This document shows, in pieces, positions 1-6,816 of a DNA stretch of 24,941 nt. The notes below the pieces were generated by a model that made no database searches, was not told where the DNA came from, and worked only from the letters and a program-made list of their open reading frames with translations. Every line of letters begins with the position of its first letter. Position 1 is the stretch's first letter. The DNA is from a virus (taxonomy: Duplodnaviria; Caudoviricetes), in the IMG/VR virus record IMGVR_UViG_3300048606_000042, positions 1 through 24,941 of that record. The stretch is one strand, 5' to 3'. The translations under genes were made by a program, and so were the position numbers.

Positions 1-141
1 CCGGACGCGCTGCCAGTGCCGTGCGAGCACGGCGCGGCCGTGATCGCTGAGGAGCCCTCGCTGTTCGCTGGCGCTCAGCCGACCCGGACGTATTCCGACG
101 GATGCCAGAGCTACGGGCCGTACCAGAACGAGCGCTCGTGA
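1..141 (+). CDS. 3' end of a hypothetical protein (truncated by window start)
   Basis: Frame 1 is open from base 1 (PDALPVPCEHG...QNERS) to TGA 139-141, which overlaps the next GTG (GTGA coupling). Confidence 0.6.
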   Translation, partial: PDALPVPCEHGAAVIAEEPSLFAGAQPTRTYSDGCQSYGPYQNERS

Positions 142-293
142 GGCGCGCGGCGCTGGGCCTGGTCGTGCTCGTGGCCCTGCTGGCCGGTTGCACGCCGGAC
201 GGCCAGCCGTGCCACCGAGCCGGGGACGTGAAGGTCCAGGACGGTCACTCGTACACCTGCACGAACAAGCGCGGCGGACTGGTGTGGAAGTGA
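138..293 (+). CDS. small putative lipoprotein (51 aa)
   Basis: GTG at 138 gives MRRAALGLVVLVALLAGC-TPDG...: basic N-terminus, hydrophobic stretch and LAGC lipobox. GTGA overlaps occur at both ends. Confidence 0.7.
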   Translation: MRRAALGLVVLVALLAGCTPDGQPCHRAGDVKVQDGHSYTCTNKRGGLVWK

Positions 294-790
294 TCAAGGT
301 CGTGGGCCTGGACCTCTCGATCACGGGGACGGGTGTGGCTCACACGGTCGAGGGGGCCGTGTGTACCCACCTGATCAAGACCAACCCCAAGCACCGGGAC
401 GGCCGCCTGGCTCAGATCCAGAACGAGATCCGGATCTTTGCCGAGGGCGCCGAGCTGGCGCTGATCGAGGCGCCCACGCCGCGTTCGGCCAGCTCGGTCA
501 TCAGCGGCATGGTCCAGGGCGCGGCGCGGCTCGTGCTCCTGGAGCTGGGTATCCCGTACGGGACGCTCATGCCCGCGAGCCTCAAGAAGTACGCCACCGG
601 CAAGGGCACCGGGGACAAGATCCCGATGGCCATTGCCGCTCTCAAACGGGCGGGCCTGGAGTTCCCCGACGACAACCAGTGCGATGCGTTCTGGCTCTGG
701 GTGGCGGCCAACGACAAGCTGGGCCAGCCGGTGTTCGACCTCCCGATGATCAACCGGGAGTCACTGAGCAAGATCAAGATGGAGGGCTGA
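290..790 (+). CDS. ruvC: RuvC-like Holliday junction resolvase
   Basis: GTG start at 290. Motifs VVGLDLSITGTG, LIEAP, LKKYATGKG..DK..M and DDNQCDA match the RuvC acidic catalytic pattern. Confidence 0.85.
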   Translation: MIKVVGLDLSITGTGVAHTVEGAVCTHLIKTNPKHRDGRLAQIQNEIRIFAEGAELALIEAPTPRSASSVISGMVQGAARLVLLELGIPYGTLMPASLKKYATGKGTGDKIPMAIAALKRAGLEFPDDNQCDAFWLWVAANDKLGQPVFDLPMINRESLSKIKMEG

Positions 791-796
791 CGACCC

Positions 797-1246
797 ATGG
801 GTCTGCAACAGCGTAGGGCCGATCTGATCGGCGAACTGGAGCGCGACGAGGCGGCGCTACGGCGCCGGATCGAGCGCAAGGAGCGATACCTGGAAAGCCT
901 GGACGCCATGCCGGACTTCGACGCCATGGGGGACGGGACCATCCTGGCGATGACCGTCACCTACGGGGCGTCCAAGCCGTACCCGGTGGTCGCTTACAAC
1001 GGCGGCGGCAAGTGGTACCTGACCGGCGAGAAGTCTCCGAACGGGATCAGCGGGGACGACCTGGCCGAGTGGCTGATGTCCGGCGGGCGGCACCTCCGCT
1101 CGTCCCAGCCCATCGCGGAGTTCACGGTCCAGCGCGTGGTCCCGACTCCGTTCGACCTGACCGAGACCATGCTGGCCGCCATGCGCGAGTTCGGCTCGGT
1201 CCGGGTGGGTCGCTTGTCGGACCTCTACGACTCCCCCGAGGGGTGA
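797..1246 (+). CDS. hypothetical protein (N-terminal coiled coil plus GGxWYxTG domain; paralog of 3537..3875)
   Basis: GGAGGG RBS upstream, GC3-rich ORF, motif GTILAM...GGGKWYLTG...EWL. Confidence 0.75.
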   Translation: MGLQQRRADLIGELERDEAALRRRIERKERYLESLDAMPDFDAMGDGTILAMTVTYGASKPYPVVAYNGGGKWYLTGEKSPNGISGDDLAEWLMSGGRHLRSSQPIAEFTVQRVVPTPFDLTETMLAAMREFGSVRVGRLSDLYDSPEG

Positions 1247-1248
1247 TC

Positions 1249-1446
1249 ATGAAGACCCAGGTTGTTCTCCCGTTCTCCCGCGAGACCAAGGGCACGGTGG
1301 TCTACGCCGTGTCCAACCTCAAGTCCGTGGCCGTGGGCCAGGTGTACGTGAACAAGGAGCACCTGGAGAAGGTCGGCGGCGCGTGGCCCGAGCGGATCAC
1401 GCTCACGATCGAGCCGGGCGACACGACGGAGGACGAGACCGCATGA
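1249..1446 (+). CDS. hypothetical protein (65 aa)
   Basis: ATG 1249 follows GAGGG; MKTQVVLPFSRETKGTVVY...; the stop overlaps the next ATG (ATGA). Confidence 0.7.
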   Translation: MKTQVVLPFSRETKGTVVYAVSNLKSVAVGQVYVNKEHLEKVGGAWPERITLTIEPGDTTEDETA

Positions 1447-2558
1447 CGACCACCACCGAGGCGGGCCAGGTCGAGACGTACCTGGCCCGCTCCGGCGGGC
1501 GCCTCGGGTGCCCGCACCCGGTCCACCGGTTCGCCAGTCCTCGCAAGACACCGAGTCGTCTCATCCTCCCCGAGTGCGCCGGGCGCTCCGCCTGGCTGGC
1601 CGCTCGGCGCGAGGGGATCGGCGGCTCCGAGGTCGGCGCGCTCATCGGGGTGAACGAGCACGAGACCGCCATGTCGATCTGGAACAAGAAGCGCCGGACC
1701 GAGCCGGACGTGGAGCTGACCGGCGCGCCGATCGAGTGGGGCCACCGGCTGGAGGACGTGGTGGCGATGAAGACCGCCGAGGAGATCGGCATGGTGTCCC
1801 GGTTCGGCGGCGGGCTCTGGGCCGACCTGGAGCGGCCGTTCATCCGGGTGACCCCGGACCGGTTCGCGTGCAAGCCCAGGAGCTGGAAGGCCGAGGCGGT
1901 CATCGAGTGCAAGACCGCCGGATCGGACGAGCACTGGGAGTCCGGCACCATCCATCCCAAGGGCCACGGGACCGGCTCAGCGCCGCTCAGCTACCAGGCC
2001 CAGCTCCAGTGGCAACTTGGCATTCTCGGGCTCCCCGTGGGCTACCTGGGCTGTTTCGTGCTGGGCTCCGAGCGCCAGTTCTTCACGGTCGAGGTCCACT
2101 TCGATGCGGAGTGGTTCCGCGAGATGACCGACGAGGCCGAGCGGTTCTGGGTGACCAACATCCTGGGGGAGGAGATCCCGCTCCACGACTACCGCCACCC
2201 GATCACCGAGGACCTGATCAAGGAGCTTCACCCGGCCGTGGTTCAGCCATCGACTCAGCTCCCCGACCTGGCCGAGGAGTGGCTGGAGGACTACCAGCGC
2301 GCCAAGCTGGCGGCCGAGGCGGCGGAGACCGAGTTCACGGCGGTCAAGAACTTGTTCCGCGAGTGGACCGGCGACGCCGGGGCGGGCTACCTGGGCGAGG
2401 ACAAGCTGGTCAGCTACCCCGAGGTACGCTCCTCGCGCATCGACGTGGAAGCGCTCAAGCGGGACTATCCCGAGGTGGCCGAGGCCGTCACGGTTCACTC
2501 CCGGTACCGCCGGATGACCATCCGGGTGCCCAAGAAATACAAGCTCGCTGACAGTTAA
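1443..2558 (+). CDS. YqaJ-like viral recombinase / lambda-type exonuclease
   Basis: WLAARREGIGGSEVGALIG, WGHRLED, TPDR, IECKT and YQAQLQWQLGI are the YqaJ/lambda-exonuclease motifs; GGAGG RBS. Confidence 0.9.
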   Translation: MTTTTEAGQVETYLARSGGRLGCPHPVHRFASPRKTPSRLILPECAGRSAWLAARREGIGGSEVGALIGVNEHETAMSIWNKKRRTEPDVELTGAPIEWGHRLEDVVAMKTAEEIGMVSRFGGGLWADLERPFIRVTPDRFACKPRSWKAEAVIECKTAGSDEHWESGTIHPKGHGTGSAPLSYQAQLQWQLGILGLPVGYLGCFVLGSERQFFTVEVHFDAEWFREMTDEAERFWVTNILGEEIPLHDYRHPITEDLIKELHPAVVQPSTQLPDLAEEWLEDYQRAKLAAEAAETEFTAVKNLFREWTGDAGAGYLGEDKLVSYPEVRSSRIDVEALKRDYPEVAEAVTVHSRYRRMTIRVPKKYKLADS

Positions 2559-2564
2559 GTGTCA
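2549..2564 (-). promoter_or_regulatory. operator-like motif copy (TGACACTTAACTGTCA on - strand)
   Basis: Member of the repeated 16-bp TGAC-N8-GTCA family; overlaps the exonuclease stop codon and abuts a promoter. Confidence 0.75.
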
Positions 2565-2567
2565 ACG

Positions 2568-2596
2568 TTGCGACATTGACGGCAAGGCTGTAACGT
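2568..2596 (+). promoter_or_regulatory. sigma70-type promoter
   Basis: TTGCGA-17 bp-TAACGT, with the GGCTG-TAA(C/G)GT element shared by the promoters at 5997, 11063 and 16261. Confidence 0.65.
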
Positions 2597-2601
2597 ACTT
2601 C

Positions 2602-2924
2602 TTGGCCGGTGATCAGGACCCCCGATCACTGACCAACTCGGGCCGGTTTCGCGGTCGGTCCGGGCGCTCCGGATAGGCAGTTGTCAGCCCCTGATGCATC
2701 AGCGGGCCACCGTGGTTCGAGTCCACGGCAGAGCGCGACCGAGACGAGTTTGGGGTGAGCGGCAGGTCCGTTGTTACGCGGGCGAACCCTGTAGACCGGA
2801 GTTACGGATCTCCGGTGACGACGCCCAGAGGGCGTGACGGATCGGATAGACGATCAGGGGCGGCGGCCCACCAGAATCCGCCGGGCTCGGCCGGACACCC
2901 AGAGGCACCACGTCCGGCCGGGTC
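2602..2924 (+). ncRNA. putative structured RNA / long structured leader containing a tRNA-like domain
   Basis: Consecutive hairpins at 2602-2636 and 2637-2664, a tRNA-like fold at 2664-2737, a multibranch domain at ~2749-2875 and a hairpin at ~2884-2924. Many G-U pairs work only on the + strand, and no convincing ORF is present. Confidence 0.6.
2664..2737 (+). tRNA. tRNA-like element / pseudo-tRNA without a canonical anticodon loop
   Basis: GCGCTC/GAGCGC acceptor-like stem, TA-GGC-AGTTGTCA-GCC D-arm and CCGTGG-TTCGAGT-CCACGG T-arm. The anticodon arm is CTGA-TGCA-TCAG with a 4-nt loop, and no CCA is encoded. Confidence 0.5.
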
Positions 2925-2984
2925 GCACCAACAAACCACTCAGTACAGCGCACAGCGCACAGACAGCAGGAAGAGAGGGCCATC

Positions 2985-3461
2985 ATGGCTCGTTCCACCA
3001 GCAACACCCCGGCCGCCGCTCCGGCCGCCACGGCCGCTGACTTCGATGATGCCGAGGACCTGTTCGGCGGCACCGGGGTTGCGGTTGAGGGCGGGGACTT
3101 CGAGGACGCGGACGACCTCCTGAACACCGTCCAGGAGGACGACGCGGAAGGCTGGGTGCCGACCGAGAAGGGCGAGAGCCTGGCCGGTGTCGTGGTCAAG
3201 GTCGGGGAGACCCGGTCCGACTTCGCCAAGCCGGGCGAGGACCCGATGGTCCCGACCGTCACGGTCCTGACCCGCGAGGGCGACAAGTACCGGGTGATCG
3301 GGTTCGGCTCGGTGCTCAAGCGCGAGATCGAGGACGCCAACGTCCAGGTGGGCGGGCTGTTCGCGGTCAAGTATTGGGGCGAGAAGCCGATCAAGAAGGG
3401 TCCGTTTGCGGGCAAGAACTACAAGCACTACTCGGTGGCCTTCAAGCCCAAGAAGGGCTGA
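2985..3461 (+). CDS. putative OB-fold ssDNA-binding protein with acidic N-terminal tail
   Basis: Acidic N-terminus (DFDDAEDLF...DFEDADDLL), then a beta-rich core W.P..GESLAGVVV...VQVG..FAVKYWG...YKHYSV. Lies in the recombination module; GAGAGGG RBS. Confidence 0.6.
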   Translation: MARSTSNTPAAAPAATAADFDDAEDLFGGTGVAVEGGDFEDADDLLNTVQEDDAEGWVPTEKGESLAGVVVKVGETRSDFAKPGEDPMVPTVTVLTREGDKYRVIGFGSVLKREIEDANVQVGGLFAVKYWGEKPIKKGPFAGKNYKHYSVAFKPKKG

Positions 3462-3478
3462 CCCACCGGCACGACCTC

Positions 3479-3510
3479 GGGGGCCGTCCGGCGCACGCTG
3501 GGCGGTCCCC
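3479..3510 (+). terminator. GC-rich hairpin, putative terminator
   Basis: GGGGCCGTCCGGCG-CA-CGCTGGGCGGTCCC after the stop, followed by a pyrimidine tract. Confidence 0.5.
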
Positions 3511-3536
3511 TCCGTCTCTCTCCAGGAAGGCATCAC

Positions 3537-3875
3537 ATGACCGAGCAGACGTTCAGCCTGGGCAAGCTCCCGGTCCCGAACGGGACCATCCTGATCATGG
3601 GCATTCAGTACGAGAACCAGACCACGGACAAGGTCTGGACGTACGCCCTCCTCAAGGCTGGCGGGCTCTGGTACGTCACGGGCAACGGCCAGGTCCCGAC
3701 GGCGGCCGGGTGGGCGGCCGTGGAGCGCTGGCTGGCCAAGAGCAACCGGCGCGTGGTCTCGGTCCGGGCCGTGACCGAGACCGTCCCGCTCTACCCCTCC
3801 CCGGGTGCGCCCGAGGCGGCGCCGATCGTGGCCGCGCTGGCCGCTCGGGTTGACACTTCCCAGGCGGCCGAGTAA
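3537..3875 (+). CDS. hypothetical protein (GGxWYxTG domain; paralog of 797..1246)
   Basis: AGGAAGG RBS; NGTILIM...TYALLKAGGLWYVTG...W...RWL. Confidence 0.75.
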   Translation: MTEQTFSLGKLPVPNGTILIMGIQYENQTTDKVWTYALLKAGGLWYVTGNGQVPTAAGWAAVERWLAKSNRRVVSVRAVTETVPLYPSPGAPEAAPIVAALAARVDTSQAAE

Positions 3876-3878
3876 CCT
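3850..3878 (+). promoter_or_regulatory. sigma70-type promoter, leaderless transcript
   Basis: TTGACA-17 bp-TAACCT with ATG 7 nt downstream (3886) and no RBS. Confidence 0.75.
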
Positions 3879-3885
3879 CACAGTC

Positions 3886-4278
3886 ATGACGACAACGATT
3901 GAGCCACACGACTGGGACGGGTGCCTGATGTGCGCCGTCCGAGCGCTGACCGAGGGTCGGCCGCGCGACTGGGCGACCCGTAAGGACATGGCCGAGGGCG
4001 ACACGGTCACCGGTGTGGTCCTGCGGATGGGCACCCAGCCGACTCACTACACGGACGCTCAGGCGCCGTACGTGGACCTCTGGCTGGGCGGGGTGGAGCG
4101 CGTCCGGGTGGCCGGTCACGGCCAGGTGTTGCGCGAGGCTCTGATCTCCGCCGAGATCCAGGTGGGCGACACGGTCACGGTGACGTTCGAGGGAACCAAG
4201 GAGTTCACGCCCAAGACCGGGCGCGGCCCGCTGTCCTACAAGTTGTTCACGGTGAGCGTGGAGCGGGGGCATCACTGA
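3886..4278 (+). CDS. second putative OB-fold protein (paralog of 2985..3461)
   Basis: GDTVTGVVL...RVAGHGQVLREAL..AEIQVGDTVTVTFEG...YKLFTV aligns by eye with 2985..3461; N-terminal H...CxxC. Confidence 0.65.
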   Translation: MTTTIEPHDWDGCLMCAVRALTEGRPRDWATRKDMAEGDTVTGVVLRMGTQPTHYTDAQAPYVDLWLGGVERVRVAGHGQVLREALISAEIQVGDTVTVTFEGTKEFTPKTGRGPLSYKLFTVSVERGHH

Positions 4279-5978
4279 TGTTGGATCTCCGGCCCTACCA
4301 GCGCCGCGCGCTGACCGCCATCGAGGACGCGGAGCGCGAGGGCTTGCGCCGTCCGCTGCTGGTCCTGCCGACCGGCACCGGCAAGACCGTGATCTTTTCG
4401 CACGCGCTCAAGGAGCGGGCGCCGATGGGCCGGGGCCTGGTGCTGGTCCACCGGGAGGAGCTGGCGGACCAGGCCATGAAGAAACTGGCCATCGTGGCGC
4501 CGGACCTCCGTACCGGACTGGTCAAGGGCGACCAGGGCAACGACGTGGACGCGGATGTGGTGGTTGCCTCGGTCCCGACCGTGAGCCGGGACGGACGGCT
4601 GGCCCAGCTCCAGGCGGCCGACCGGCGCTCGCGGTTCGCCACGATCGTGGCCGACGAGGCTCACCACGCACCGGCGCCGAGCTGGACCAAGGTCCTCCAG
4701 GGCATGGGCGCGTGGTCCGAGTTCGGCCCGCTCACGCTCGGGTTCACGGCGACGCCCGAGCGGGACAACGGCAAGACCCTGGGCGTCTGGGAACGCGTTG
4801 TCACTTATATGTCAATCCGAGAGGCCATCTACGGGGACCGCAAGAAGGGGGAGGAGGGCGGATACCTCGTCCCGATCCTGCCCGCCGTGGTGGTCGAGAC
4901 CAAGATGGACATGGGCCACGTCGGCAAGGGCCGGGACGGTGACCTCTCCGGCGGGGACCTGGGCCGGGAGCTGGAGGACTCCGGCGCCATCGCTCAGATT
5001 GCCGACGCGTACAAGGAGCACGCGAGCGGCCGGAAGGGTGTGGCGTTCACCCCGACCGTGGCCACGGCCCACGCGCTGGCGGCCGAGCTGGTCAAGCGCG
5101 GCATCACGGCCGAGGCCGTGGACGGCGGCACCGACCCGCAACTCCGGCGCGACATCCTGGCCCGGCTCAAGACCGGAGAGACCCAGGTCGTGGCCAACTG
5201 CGCGGTCCTGACCGAGGGGTTTGACGAGCCCTCGATCTCGTGCGTGGTCGTCGCCAGGCCCACCAAGTTCCACGGGCTTTACGTCCAGATGGTCGGGCGG
5301 GGGACGCGACTCTACCCGGGCAAGAAGGACCTGATGGTCCTGGACATCGTAGGCGCCAGCAACCGTCACGAGCTGATCGGCCTGGTGGACCTCGGGCTGG
5401 ACATGGACGGAGAGCGCGACAAGAAGGAGCCGGGCGAGGCCCAGGCGTGCCCGAGCTGCGGCGTGCCGTGCGAGTTCGAGGAGCACCGGTGCCGGTTGTG
5501 CCAGCGCTACCTCCCCCGGGACATCTGCCTGGAGGGCGGCACGCGGCACCTGAACTGCCACGCGGGCGAGACCGGCAAGGTGGACGTGTTCGGCTCCTCC
5601 CGGCTGGCCTGGCTCCCGCTCCCCGGCGGCGCGTACTGCCTGACCGCTGGCAAGGAGGTGGTCGTCATGGCGCCGGTCGGAAGCGACACGTGGAAGCTGG
5701 CCGCCTACGAGGGCAACCGGCTGACGATCATCCAGGACGAACTCCCGGCGGACTGGGCAATGGGTATCGGGGAGGACCGGGCCAAAGCATTCCAGCGGCT
5801 GGCCGAGCGGTCCGCGCGCTGGCGTGGCGCTCGGGCCTCGGACGCTCAAAAGTCCCGGCTGATCCGCCAGGGCTTCCCGGAGAACCAGCTCCACCGGGTC
5901 CGCACGATGGGCGAGGCTTCCGACCTCTCGACCCGGATCACCGGGCGGCACGCGCTCAAGCGGATGGGCCGACTGTAA
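4278..5978 (+). CDS. SF2 DEAD/DEAH-box DNA helicase with Cys-rich (Zn) insertion
   Basis: Q motif LRPYQ, Walker A LPTGTGKT, DEAHH, TATP, LTEGFD and YVQMVGRGTR; CPSC/CRLC follows the core. Confidence 0.93.
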   Translation: MLDLRPYQRRALTAIEDAEREGLRRPLLVLPTGTGKTVIFSHALKERAPMGRGLVLVHREELADQAMKKLAIVAPDLRTGLVKGDQGNDVDADVVVASVPTVSRDGRLAQLQAADRRSRFATIVADEAHHAPAPSWTKVLQGMGAWSEFGPLTLGFTATPERDNGKTLGVWERVVTYMSIREAIYGDRKKGEEGGYLVPILPAVVVETKMDMGHVGKGRDGDLSGGDLGRELEDSGAIAQIADAYKEHASGRKGVAFTPTVATAHALAAELVKRGITAEAVDGGTDPQLRRDILARLKTGETQVVANCAVLTEGFDEPSISCVVVARPTKFHGLYVQMVGRGTRLYPGKKDLMVLDIVGASNRHELIGLVDLGLDMDGERDKKEPGEAQACPSCGVPCEFEEHRCRLCQRYLPRDICLEGGTRHLNCHAGETGKVDVFGSSRLAWLPLPGGAYCLTAGKEVVVMAPVGSDTWKLAAYEGNRLTIIQDELPADWAMGIGEDRAKAFQRLAERSARWRGARASDAQKSRLIRQGFPENQLHRVRTMGEASDLSTRITGRHALKRMGRL

Positions 5979-5996
5979 AGAACCTGGCGGGGGCGG

Positions 5997-6026
5997 TTGC
6001 ATACTTCCCCGGCTAGGCTGTAACGT
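5997..6026 (+). promoter_or_regulatory. promoter for the replicase operon
   Basis: TTGCAT-18 bp-TAACGT with GGCTG before the -10. Confidence 0.6.
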
Positions 6027-6033
6027 AGACATC

Positions 6034-6065
6034 CCAGGCGGGGGGAGCAAGGTCCCCCCGCCTGG
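6034..6065. repeat. perfect 13-bp inverted repeat (leader hairpin or terminator)
   Basis: CCAGGCGGGGGGA-GCAAGG-TCCCCCCGCCTGG. Confidence 0.75.
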
Positions 6066-6097
6066 TAACCCAGGGCAGAAGGGTACGGAGAGCAGCT

Positions 6098-6793
6098 ATG
6101 AAGATCGAGATTGATCTGGACCTCGGCCAGGTGGTCACTCAGGCCGTGGAGAAGATCGAGAGCCTGGAGAAGGCGCTCACCCTGACCACCACCTCCCGCG
6201 AGTTCAACCGCAAGCGCGTGATCGAGCTGGAGGACGAACTGGAGCGCTACCGCCGGGCGCACGTCTGCACGAGCCGGTGTGCGGAGAACGCTCACGTGGC
6301 GTTCGAGGGCAACAGCCTGGTCAAGGAGCTGGAGCGCGAGAAGGCCGACGAGACCGAGCGCGCCGACCGGGCGGAGAAGTCGCTGGCCGAGTCGCGAGAG
6401 CTGGTGGCGTTCAAGACCCGGGTGGCCGACGACATGGACAAGGACAAGGAGACGCTGTTCCGGAAGCTGGAGACCGAGCGCGCCCTGGTCCAGGACGAGC
6501 GCACCCGGGCCAACAACCTGGCCCGCCGGGTGGCCGAACTGGAGCGCTCGCTGGCCCTCTCGATCGACCGGGAGAACGTCCAGGAAGGGCTCGCGGCCGA
6601 GTCGCGGCGTACGGCCATCCAGAGCATTGCGGCCCGGGACCGGCTCCTGGCAGCGGCCACCACGCGGGTCCGGGCGGCAACCGAGATCCTGTCTCGCCCG
6701 ATGGTGGTCGGGGCCAGGAACGAGATCGTGACCAGCAAGGGCGCCGTCCTGGCGGACGCCATCGGCAACGCGCTTGACGCTCTGTCCGCGTAA
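6098..6793 (+). CDS. coiled-coil hypothetical protein
   Basis: GGAGAG RBS; E/K/R/L-rich heptad pattern with a short HxCxxxCxxxxH segment. Confidence 0.8.
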   Translation: MKIEIDLDLGQVVTQAVEKIESLEKALTLTTTSREFNRKRVIELEDELERYRRAHVCTSRCAENAHVAFEGNSLVKELEREKADETERADRAEKSLAESRELVAFKTRVADDMDKDKETLFRKLETERALVQDERTRANNLARRVAELERSLALSIDRENVQEGLAAESRRTAIQSIAARDRLLAAATTRVRAATEILSRPMVVGARNEIVTSKGAVLADAIGNALDALSA

Positions 6794-6816
6794 CCAGCAC
6801 CAAGGAAGGACCGAGC

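Noticed and set aside
2664-2737. Functional tRNA-Cys (GCA)
   Set aside because: GCA lies in a loop of at most 4 nt inside a palindrome, the acceptor geometry is non-canonical and there is no U73; reported as tRNA-like only.
2840-2885. Resemblance to the 3' end of RNase P RNA (TAGA...CAGAATCCG)
   Set aside because: The matching 5' GAGGAAAGTCC and terminal GGCTTA of P4 are absent.
2755-3123. ORFs 2755..3123 and 2834..3040 covering the structured region
   Set aside because: No RBS, low-complexity R/P/S/G composition, out-of-frame overlap with 2985..3461, and extensive base-pairing explains the sequence better.
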